From Macrostomum lignano (lineage: Eukaryota), in contig NIVC01002407.1 of NCBI GenBank assembly GCA_002269645.1, positions 84,233 to 148,232 of the forward strand: a stretch of 64,000 nt of DNA. Reading direction: 5' to 3'. Below, piece after piece: positions 1 to 11,158 of the stretch. Under the pieces are notes generated by a model, which worked only from the letters and a program-made list of their open reading frames with translations, ran no database searches and had not been told where the DNA came from. Positions within the stretch are counted from its first letter, which is position 1; each line of letters starts with the position of its first letter. Made by a program: the position numbers and the translations under genes.

Positions 1-811
1 TAGCTAGTATGCTCGTATATCTAAAAAAACAACTCGCAAGCTCGTGTTTGCAAATTGAATTTTTCACTGCATGCGTTTCCACAATGCGTCCGGCCCAACA
101 CAGTTTCCTATCGCTAAGGCTGAGACAGGTGCTGCTGCCAAGGCTGATTGGATGAAGCTGTTTTATGTGTATAAATTTGTGTCTTGGGTGAGCACCGGCC
201 ACCGGGCCCTCCAAGCCGCCAACCTAATCAGTTGGAGTTGCCTCGCTTCGCGGGGGCCGGCAGCTGGCTTGGCTACCCGGCGGTGTGATGGAGAGGAGAG
301 GAGGACTCGAGTAGCCACGCCAGAGCCAGGTGGCGCACTGTAAACCCAGATAGCCCAGACCGAGCCGCCCTCCATCTCCCTGCCTGCTATGCCCCGGAGA
401 TTAATTTTCTATAATTTCTTCAAACGTTTTTTTATAGCGAATTCGATAACAGATCCCGCGGAAGTATTTGAGCATGGTGATTTTGTGAGAAAGGATGTGG
501 CCAAGAGAGAGAAAGACAAATTGATGGATAAGGATGACAAACTGTTAAATTGGAGAGTTGAGGTTACTGAGAATCGAGAATAGAGAGGAGAGGACAGAGG
601 AGAGCAGAAAATAGAAGAGAGGAGGGGAGAGAGGAGAGCGGAGAGGAGAGTAGACAATAGAGAAGTGGATGCAATGCACGGGCACTTCTGCAAAATCTTT
701 TAAGAAATGAGGATTTGCCAACTGCATTCACCAAACAGATGCATAGTGCGGTCTGTCTGCCTACCTTCGGCAACACCATTTATTTTGCACTAAACCAAAT
801 TCTAAAATGTT

Positions 812-1085
812 AAGGCTTACGGGGGGAATTGCTGAGATGTCAAGGCTTACGGGGGAATTGCTGAGATATCAAGGCTTACGGGGAGAATTGCTGAGATGTC
901 AAGGCTTACGGGGGGAATTGCTGAGTTATCAAGGCTTACGGGGGGAATTGCTGAGATATCAAGGCTTACTGGGGGAATTGCTGAGATGTCAAGGCTTACG
1001 GGGGGAATTGCTGAGATGTCAAGGCTTACGGGGGATTGCTGAGATTTCAAGGCTTACGGGGGGGAATTGCTGAGATGTCAAGGCT
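812..1085. repeat. 30-bp minisatellite (AAGGCTTACGGGGGGAATTGCTGAGATGTC), about 9 copies
   Basis: Direct tandem periodicity in the sequence. Confidence 0.95.
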
Positions 1086-1523
1086 ATATACTACATGAAG
1101 TTTATTTAATAATTTTATTCCATTATTTTTTGGCTCCATAACGGGGGTGGGCCGCTGATTGCAATTCCAACCTAAAGCTAACCCTGACTGCTCATTTGTA
1201 CAGAGCATATCGGATGAAATTTCAACTGTGCTCAGAAAAATATTTTGCTCATCGAGTCATCAGCCAGGCCTGCTATCAAATCCTGTCTCAGCTCGTGGCT
1301 AAAAAAAGTCGTGGCTATATAAGACACACAGAGAGAGACTGTCTGCCATCAATTCATCAAGGACAGGCCGGCCGGCCGCGTGCCAGGAAAGAGGGGGGGC
1401 AGGGGGGGCACAGGCCCCCGACTTTACTTTTTAGATTGCCTGCCTGAAAAGCCATCGTATAATTCGATGAAGATTTGGCAAGGAGGAGGCCAGGGGGGTT
1501 GGCGCCCCCCTCCCCCAGCTCGC

Positions 1524-1832
1524 TCACGTGCCCGGGGGGAGGCTGGGCACGTGACCCGGCCGCCGGCTCGGCAAATTGGACTCGGGGGGCTGGGTGGCGG
1601 CGGCCCGCCCGAGCCAATGGGAGTTCAAGCCGAGGGGAGGACAGATCGCCTGCTCCATATTAAATCCCCAGCCCGAGACTCCAGAGCCTCATCCTGAACG
1701 ACGCTCCGACACACCCACCTGGCCGCGTGTCCTCCGCCTCCCAGCATCCGCAGCTTTAAGCAGCAGCAGCATAGAAATTTCCTTCATCAGTTTCCCTCCC
1801 GCGACAGCTCAGAGAGAACAAAGACGCACGTG
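1524..1832 (+). promoter_or_regulatory. Putative Hey proximal promoter: inverted pair of class-B E-boxes, CCAAT, TATA-like box and a third CACGTG
   Basis: TCACGTGCCC 1524-1533 and GGGCACGTGA 1545-1554; CCAAT 1614-1618; TATTAAA 1658-1664; CACGTG 1827-1832; GC-rich and directly upstream of ATG 1879. Confidence 0.5.
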
Positions 1833-1878
1833 ACCAGCCTTCAATTGAGCTGCTGAAACCTTTGCTCCAGAAAGTGTG

Positions 1879-2464
1879 ATGAAGCTCCAGATGAAGCAGA
1901 GCGGAAGCTGCGACTCCAGCGAGTCGGACTCAGACGAAATGGCCATGCAGTAAGTGCAGCTGCGGTGCAGTACTATCGATTTCTCACCTGCCGCTCAGTC
2001 TCACACTATATCTGGATATAATATGCAATATAGCTAAGGTTGCTGATAAATGCACACTCTGCCTCCCGCCCGCAGGTACCCCGGTCAGACAGTGAAGAGT
2101 GCGAACAGGAAGCGAAGGAGAGGCGTAAGTGTTTGCTTGTCTCTCAGCGTTTGCCTGAGTGCGTTAAACTGACTGTCCGTCTTACAGTGTCTGTATTAAT
2201 GTCTGTATTAGTGTCTGTATTAGTGTCTGTATTAGTGTCTGTATTAGTGTCTGTATTAGTGTCTGTCTGTATTAGTGTCCAGTGGCGCAACCAGGGGGGG
2301 GGGCGGTCGCCCACCTTCTTAGGCGGAGACGGAGACCCAAAAACAATCAAAGAGGGGAAGACCAAGCGAACAAAAACAGAGCACCCCTCCGCCCCCCCTC
2401 CCGAGACTTTACCCTCCAAAATCCGCCCCCCCCCTCAAAAAATTTCTGGTTGCACTACTGTTAG

Positions 2465-2519
<55 letters not shown>

Positions 2520-2524
2520 ATTAG

Positions 2525-2567
<43 letters not shown>

Positions 2568-2600
2568 ATTAGTGTCTGTCTGTCTGTCTGTCTGTATTAG

Positions 2601-2631
<31 letters not shown>

Positions 2632-2636
2632 ATTAG

Positions 2637-2671
<35 letters not shown>

Positions 2672-2676
2672 ATTAG

Positions 2677-2723
<47 letters not shown>

Positions 2724-3730
2724 GTGTGTGTCTGTCTGTCTGTCTGTGTGTCTGTCTGTCTGTCTGCACACCAAATCACAACCCACTCCTCTCTCTACCG
2801 CAGATGATCGAGAAGCGCCGCCGCGACAGGATCAACAGCAGCCTGAGCGAGCTGAAGCGCCTCGTGCCCAGCGCCTTCGAGAAGCAGGGCTCGGCGAAGC
2901 TGGAGAAGGCGGAGATTCTCCAGATGACGGTCGACTACCTGCGCTCGCTGCAGCATCAGCAGAAGTGCGGCGGCTACGCCGCCACCGCCGCCGATGCGGC
3001 CGCTGTCGCATTGGATGCCCGCAACATCGGCTTCCGCGAGTGCGCCGCTGAGGTGCACCGCTTCCTGCTGGGCTGCGAGGCCGCCTCCACGCCGATGGGC
3101 AGCCCCGACCAGCAGCAGCAGCCGTGGGACTCCCTGCGCTCCCGGCTGTTGGCTCACCTGCAGTGCTGCTCCGCCCAGCGGTCCTCGACTGTTCAGCGCC
3201 CGATCGCGGCCGTGTCCGGGTCGCCTCCGTCGCCGCCGCCGCCCCTGCCGCCTCCGTCCGCCGGGGCCTGGCAGCAGGCCGCTGCCGCCGCTCCGCCAAC
3301 GGGCCTGCCGGCTGGCTACGCTGCCGCCGCTGCTGCCGCGGCCGCTGCGGCTGCCTTCGAGTCCAGCACCGTCGGAGGCTCCGTCGGCTCCGGTGGCGGC
3401 GCCTTCGTGCCCTGCGGCTCTGGCGGCGGCGGCAGCGGCGGAGGCAACGGAGGCGGCGGCTGCAGCTATTACCCTCCCGGCACCTTCAGCGGCCTGCTGC
3501 AGAGCTGCCAGCAACCAGCGCCTGGTTATTATCAGCAGCAGCAGCAGCAGCAGCATCCGGGCATGCAGCAGCAGCAGCAGCTTCATCAGCAGCACCAGCA
3601 GGTTTACCAGCATCACAGCCAGCTGCCGCATCACCAGCAGCCTCCACAGCCTCATCACTATCAGCCGCAACCGCTGACGCCGCAGAAGCCCTACAGGCCG
3701 TGGGGCGCCGACATCGGTGCATTCTCGTAG
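1879..3730 (+). CDS. Hey: Hairy/E(spl)-related with YRPW motif (Hey) bHLH-Orange transcription factor, about 348 aa; exons 1879-1949, 2076-2124, 2804-3730
   Basis: GT-AG junctions with matching phases (2, 0) give [52 protein letters not shown], an Orange domain ([14 protein letters not shown]) and C-terminal [13 protein letters not shown] (YRPW plus TEIGAF-like motif). Confidence 0.95.
2189..2766. repeat. Intronic 12-bp (GTCTGTATTAGT)n and (TCTG)n microsatellite with TATTAG interruptions
   Basis: Arrays at about 2189-2277 and 2461-2766 in Hey intron 2. Confidence 0.95.
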
Positions 3731-5934
3731 TACCATCATCGCTTGGTAGCTTTTTTAGGCTCATCGCTCGTACACAACAGCTGCTCGTGCAACATTCATT
3801 ATAATAATTACTTTTCATATGGTCATAGTGCATTTGTAGTTAACGTGGGTCAATACAAGCCCTGAACGATGCAATAGCATCCATAACTATAATTAACATG
3901 CCAATTATAATGTATAACTATAGGTCGTATATATATATATTGTGTCTTACAGTCTGTCTGAATGGTGCTGACTTTACAATATTTACGAGAATAACTGGCG
4001 GTTGCGACTTATATGTACGTACAAGTGTATAGAAATGCACTGCATTTTTGTTGCCTTCCATAATTTTTGTGTATTGTATAGTAAATAAAAACGCGTTTTG
4101 TAAATAATAACATATTTGTTATAACACTACAGTTGTATTGACATTGTCTTTGAAATCTCTTTGTAGTTCCGCAACGAAACGAAACTCTGTTTTCGGGACA
4201 CCCGATCCCCATCTTCGCAGCAGTGCGTGTTGCAATTGTGCAAATTTCGGAAATAGCAATTCAATTGAATACTTGTGGAGGCTTTGTCTGCTTTCTGTGC
4301 AACCGATGCGACAGACAGGAGGGTTGCCAAGGGCCTGCGATGCGGCTCAGCTGAACTATTGAACTGGGAAACTGGAAACTGTAGCTGAACCTGTTTAGTA
4401 GCTAAGCTGTAGTATATTTTATTGCTGAATCCTGCAGAGTGCGCAAATTTATGAGTCATCCGGGCTGCAGTTTTTCTGGGGAAGACTCTTCTGGGGAAAC
4501 CCTCCTGTGTTATTTTTTAGTTTAATACGTTTTCATTGTTTCTATTCGGGATACTCTGTAGTATATATCCTCTATAGTATACAGCCATTTATGAAACGGT
4601 GTACTAAAAGTTGACGTTAGTCACATGAGACTGAGTATAGTATATGGACTGAAGAATGGTAAATTTTTTAAGCTGGTTTTACGCATATCAAAGTCTCAGA
4701 TGTCTTGAGGACTTCTTTCAGTGTATTTTTGTCAATAAGGAAGTGCTCCGCCTCGAAGCGTCGGGTTAACCTCCACTTCGTTGAGGTGAAATCGTCTGAG
4801 GTACAAACCCCCATTGACGCTATTTACGTCTCCATCAAGGCGGGGAAACACAATGAGATCTGGGGTGGGGGGATTACATAAACATTATTAAGATATACAT
4901 GATGGGGGCATGACATGACATTACTTTCACTCTTCTTCTTCAAGCTCCAAAGGAAGGAATTGGCGTTGAGAAAATCGGGACCCAATGCTTCAGGCTCAAT
5001 TTTGACTCTCAAGTTCACATCCCCTCGGAGCTTGGAAACGATGTCGGTCGCGCTGAGAAGGCGTTGCGCAATCACAGCTTGGCCTGCGAGCATTTATTTT
5101 TTTAAATCCCACCAGGATGTCAGACAGTTCTGGAGAGTGGAGACAGAACCTGCACCTGGAGCTTCATTGCCAAAACTAATTGTAAAAAACTACTAAAATA
5201 TAGACGGGCTGGGCAAAATTTTACCGCAAGGGCCAGATCGAGAACCCAGCGCATGTCTGCGGGTCAGTGGAGGGGATCGGAGAGATAAGGGGGAATAGAG
5301 AAGAGAAATAGGAGAAAGGACAGGCGAGGGAATTAAGGAGAAGAGAGAAGACGAGAGAGGAGAGAGAAGAGAAGGGAGATGAGAAGAGAGAAGAGAAGAA
5401 ACAAGGAATCTGGACCAGGTTCGTCTGATAATGCGTTCCAGGGGTCGGGAAACCGGCCCGCGGGCGGCAAGGCCTCTCTATCCTGCCAGATTCCTTGCTT
5501 GAGGTGTCCATGGACGGGGTGATAAAAAATGGGGTTTAGTCGGTGATGAGGGCGGGCACCTGGGGGGGGGTTATTCATTGGCTTGGGGAGAAAGGAATTT
5601 ATAAGAGGCCTGTGAACGAGAAGCTCCAGTATCCAGTCATATCCAGTCAGCTATGAATTTGGGGAATCCCATTAGATAAGGTACAATTCGCTGGGGGGGG
5701 GGGTGGACACCTGGTCGGCCGGAGTCTGCAGGCTGTATAAGCAGTCTCTGAGTCAACCAGGTGGTCGTGAAGGCAGCGACTGAAGTTTTGAGTTGCCTCC
5801 ATGTTGTAGAGATTTGAAATTGTATATCCCCAGGATGTCCAGTGTTGGCTGGCCTCTGTCAGGGGAGCTGGAATACTTGCCTAGGAAAAATCAATTTTAC
5901 CGTTGCGATTTCTAACGCGCTCCTCGTCACCCTT

Positions 5935-6180
5935 TCTAGCGCCCCAGCACCCCTTCTAGCGTCCCAAATACCCTTTCTAGCGCCCCAGCACCCCTTCTAG
6001 CGTCCCAAATACCCTTTCTAGCGCCCCAGCACCCCTTCTAGCGTCCCAAATACCCTTTCTAGCGCCCCCACCCTTCTAGCGCCCCCACCCCTTTTAGCGC
6101 CGCCACCCTTTCTAGCGCCCCAGCACCCCTTCTAGCGCCGCCACCCCTTCTAGCGCCCCAGCACTCCCTCTAGCGCCCCA
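5935..6180. repeat. About 19-20-bp minisatellite (CCCTTCTAGCGCCCCAGCA-type)
   Basis: Imperfect tandem copies. Confidence 0.85.
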
Positions 6181-6540
6181 GCAGCACCTCATTTGGTGCG
6201 ATTTATCGGGCATAAACAGATTTCAGTCAAATTATTTTCACCTTACTGACAGTAGCGAGTAGCAAAAGACCCTTTTAATAAATGAAAAGTTGGTAAAAAA
6301 TTAAGTTGAATTTTGATATTCAATGCCATACGTCAGAAGCAGATTTTTTACATGAATTTTTTACAAAGCAGGGAAGATAATTTCTTGCATTGTAGCCAGC
6401 CTCACGGCCCGGCGCTTTCCATTTTGCCCAAACTACTGCATCAATAATTTGGAAGCAAGGCTGTCACCGTGGACTGAATGGTTGTTTTGGTGGGGGGGGG
6501 GGCTAAACTAAGAAGTCTAAACGAAAAAATTCCTCACTCG

Positions 6541-7103
6541 TTTTAGCGCCATAGGGCACTCAGTTTAGCGCCACAGGGCACTCAGTTTAGCGCCACAGGG
6601 CACTCAGTTTAGCGCCACTGGAACTCAGTTTAGCGCCACAGGAACTCATTTTAACGCCACAGGAACTCAGTTTAGCGCAACAGGAGCTCAGTTTAGCGCC
6701 ACAGGGCACTCAGTTTAGCGCCACTGGAACTCAGTTTAGCGCCACAGGAACTCATTTTAACGCCACAGGAATTCAGTTTAGCGCCACAGGAATTCAGTTT
6801 AGCGCCACAGGAACTCAGTTTAGCGCAACAGGAACTCAGTTTAGCGCCACAGGAATTCAGTTTAGCGCCACAGGAACTCAGTTTAGCGCAACAGGAACTC
6901 AGTTTAGCGCCACAGGAATTCAGTTTAGCGCCACAGGAACTCAGTTTAGCGCCACAGGAATTCAGTTTAGCGCCACAGGAACTCAGTTTAGCGCAACAGG
7001 AGCTCAGTTTAGCGCCATAGAGCACTCATTTTAACGCCACAGGAACTCAGTTTAGCGCCACAGGCACTCATTTTGGCGCCACAGGGCACTCAGTTTAGCG
7101 CCA
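6541..7103. repeat. About 20-bp minisatellite (CTCAGTTTAGCGCCACAGGA-type)
   Basis: About 27 tandem copies. Confidence 0.9.
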
Positions 7104-7152
7104 CTCTGTCCCCGGTGGGCGCACACACATGTATACCAATTAGACACGCAAA

Positions 7153-8363
7153 TATTCGGTTGAAGGGAAAGTTCTCGCCAATTCTAGAAAAACATAGTGC
7201 AAGGAAAATTTCGAAAGTTCTGGAACCTTCCATTGCTGGACTATAAAGAAGGATAGGTGGGCATCATGTCATAGTCATTGCCTTTTATTTTCTTCAGAAT
7301 AGTGCCTAAAAAATGGAAATTTCAAAACTCTATATTCGTGGATGTTTGCTCTACGACTTTAAATCTGGACTTAATGCGTCGCATTAATGCATTAACTCTG
7401 CATTCGGAGAGGGTATCATGTCCGACAGAACTGCCCGGGACTGGTTCACTCGTTTCCGCAATGGAAACTTTGAACTCGAAGACCAGCCCCGATCAGGTCG
7501 ACCATCGGGGGTGGATGATGAGCAGCTGCGCCAGCTCGTAGAAGCCGATCCCCGCCGAACCTCGCCTGAAATGGCAGATGTCCTCGGGGTACACCAGACC
7601 ACCATCATCGATCACCTGTGCCAGCTGGGTAAGGTGTACAAGTTGGCACAATGGGTACCCCACGACCTTACCTAGTTCGACCGTCGGCGTCGCGCTGATG
7701 CTGCGATGTTTCTTCTGTCCTACTGTCGCACAACCCATTGGCTAACATCCATAGTGACGGGTGACAAAAAGTGGTGTTTATACACCAATGTGAAATGCCG
7801 TGCTTTGTGGGTGGACAAAATTAAATGCCAAAACCACAGCCGAAAGCACCACTGCACCCTTGGAAAGTGATGCTCAGCATCTGGTGGGACTGCAATGGCG
7901 TCATTGACTATGAGCTGCTGCCACCAAACCTGACAATTACAGCCAGCAACTGGATGATTTGGCAGCAAAGATCAAAGAAAAGCATGGTCCGATCCGTTTT
8001 CTTCACGACAATGCGCGGCTGCACACGGCAAAGGTTACTGCTTGATCTGGGCTGGGAGGTTTTACCCCACCCACCTTATTCACCTTGCACCATCTGATTA
8101 CCACTTGTTCCTATCCCTGTCCAGCGCCATGGCCGAGATATCGTTCGATGATGAGCATGAACTCAACGTCTGGCTGGACAACTTCTTCGCCTCAAAACCA
8201 GCTAAGTTCTATAAGGACGGCATCATGAGTCTGCACAAACGCTGGCAGAAAGTCATCGAATATGATGGCAATTACTTCACTTTGTGAAGTTGCTTCAGTT
8301 CTATAAAAACTCAGTACGATTTAAGTTCTTAAAATCGGCGAGAACTTTCCCTTCAACCGAATA
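7153..8363 (+). mobile_element. Mariner (Tc1/mariner) DNA transposon, decayed
   Basis: Perfect 27-bp inverted termini including the TA TSD (TATTCGGTTGAAGGGAAAGTTCTCGCC at 7153-7179 and 8337-8363); transposase motifs inside. Confidence 0.95.
7313..8287 (+). pseudogene. Mariner transposase pseudogene
   Basis: HTH (RTARDWFTRFRNG..PRSGRP), WVPHDL, TGDKKW, FLHDNA and APSDYHLF motifs spread over several frames; in-frame TAG at 7673. Confidence 0.93.
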
Positions 8364-8968
8364 CCTGGCAGAGCAACACAGAGCCAGGTAGTGAGGGGGT
8401 GGGGGTAATAGCAGAAAGGACGTAATTAAATTGGCAATAAATTATTGTTAACTGGAGTTAACAATTGTTAACTGGCACACACATGTATACCAATTAGACA
8501 CGCAAATAACTGGCAGAGCAACACAGAGCCAGGTAGTGAGGGGGTGGGGGTAATAGCAGAAAGGCATTAATTAAATTGGCAATAAATTGTCAACTGGAGT
8601 GCTGTTTGTGTACCATAGCAACCAGCTCCTGTTGGGGTGGATGGAGAAATACCTGAAATTATCCATAGTGGCCTGAACTCTGTCAGCCTGCCTGTTGGGG
8701 CAGCTCAGCTGCAGCCGTCCAATTAGGCTTGAGGGATAAAATTTAACGACATACACATATTTAGGATCCTCTACTAAAGTTTCCCAATGCGTTGATAGAG
8801 GCGACCCGGGTTGAACAGAGCAACTAAAAAGCTTCCCCATTGACAGGAGCCAGCAAATTTTAGGATATTTTTATTCTCTACGGCTGCAAGATGAGGGCCA
8901 TGATTTGGCTCTTTGTTGCCTTCGAACTGGCAGCTGCCGCTGCGGCAAGTGAGTGACTCGTTTAATGT

Positions 8969-9147
8969 GAATGCCATTTCCGAATCCCTGGGAAAGGCAT
9001 TGTCGAATCCTTGTGAATGCCATTTCCGAATCCTTGTGAATGTCATTGTCGAATCCTTGTGAATGCCATTTCCGAATCCCTGTGAAAGGCATTGTCGAAT
9101 CCTTGTGAATGTCATTGTCGAATCCTTGTGGATGCCATTTCCGAATC
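8969..9147. repeat. 23-bp minisatellite (GAATGCCATTTCCGAATCCTTGT)
   Basis: About 8 imperfect copies. Confidence 0.85.
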
Positions 9148-9167
9148 GTGTTGGGTGAGTAGCATTG

Positions 9168-9769
<602 letters not shown>

Positions 9770-10404
9770 CAGCTCTACATACCGGATATCCGAAGTCTGT
9801 AAGCGGTGAGTAAAGCGGTGAGTCGCTATGGAACATTGATCAATGCATTTCATATCCTACATGCACACGGTCCGCATCAGGTGACAATGCTTATGGAAAA
9901 TGAAATAAATTCCCGGAAACGACTTGCCCAAGCACGTGTCAAGTCATGATTTAAAACTTTTCTCAAACCAGTCAGTTGTTCTCCTTCTTATCAGCAGTTA
10001 TTTATTGCGGATGGCACGAGGCATTGAAGAAGTACATCAGTACATGTACTTTTAATCGAAAAATAACGGAAACTGTAGCCTTTCTGTTATATTGAAAGAA
10101 TACTCAATACTAGATCTGTTTAGATATACGGGTTAAAGTTACAAGCTGGCAGGTAAAAACTGGTTAAAGTTACAGAGCACTTATTGGAAAAATATGTTTG
10201 CATCAGTCGGTTGGGAAATGTCCATGAAGTAGTTAAAGTTTGAGGCTAATTTATTCAAAGATTGCAGGGAACTTTTCGGATAAACGGTAGGAGCTGACAA
10301 CGCATACTGGGCTTCAGTGCCCTCAGATGCGTTCTGAAAAAAGTGAAATTGCAGTTTAATAGACTGATAAATTAAATCCGGGCCAATCTGGATCCATCCA
10401 ATTC

Positions 10405-11111
10405 CAAGCACTCCACACAGCACTCCACACAGCACTCCACACAGCACTCCATACAGAACTACACACAGCACTCCACACAGCACTCCACACAGCACTCCAC
10501 ACAGCACTCCATACAGCACTCCACACAGCACTACACACAGCACTCCACACAGCACTCCACACAGCACTCCACACAGCACTCCACACAGCACTCCACACAG
10601 CACTCCATACAGCACTCCATACAGCACTCCACACAGCACTCCACACAGCACTCCACACAGCACTCCACACAGCACTCCATACAGCACTCCACACAGCACT
10701 CCATACAGCACTCCACACAGCACTTCACACAGCACTCCATACAGCACTCCACACAGCACTCCATACAGCACTCCATACAGCACTCCACACAGCACTCCAC
10801 ACAGCACTTCACACAGCACTCCATACAGCACTCCACACAGCACTACACACAGCACTCCACACAGCACTCCACACAGCACTCCACACAGCACTCCACACAG
10901 CACTCCATACAGCACTCCACACAGCACTCCACACAGCACTCCACACAGAATTACAACAGCACCCCATCCAATACCAAGCACTCTATCCAATACCAAGCAC
11001 TCTATCCAATACCAAGCACTCTATCCAATACCAAGCACTCAATCCAATACCAAGCACTCAATCCAATACCAAGCACTCTATCCAATACCAAGCACTCTAT
11101 CCAATACCAAG
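10405..11111. repeat. 12-bp (ACAGCACTCCAC)n array followed by 19-bp (TCCAATACCAAGCACTCTA)n array
   Basis: Arrays at about 10405-10947 and 10964-11111; both contain AGCACTC. Confidence 0.95.
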
Positions 11112-11158
11112 CCAGTCCCGAACAGGTCTCCGTCTTACCGTTTCGACTGTGTAAGACC

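Noticed and set aside
2795-3833. Antisense and alternative-frame ORFs over Hey exon 3
   Set aside because: Shadow ORFs of GC-rich coding sequence
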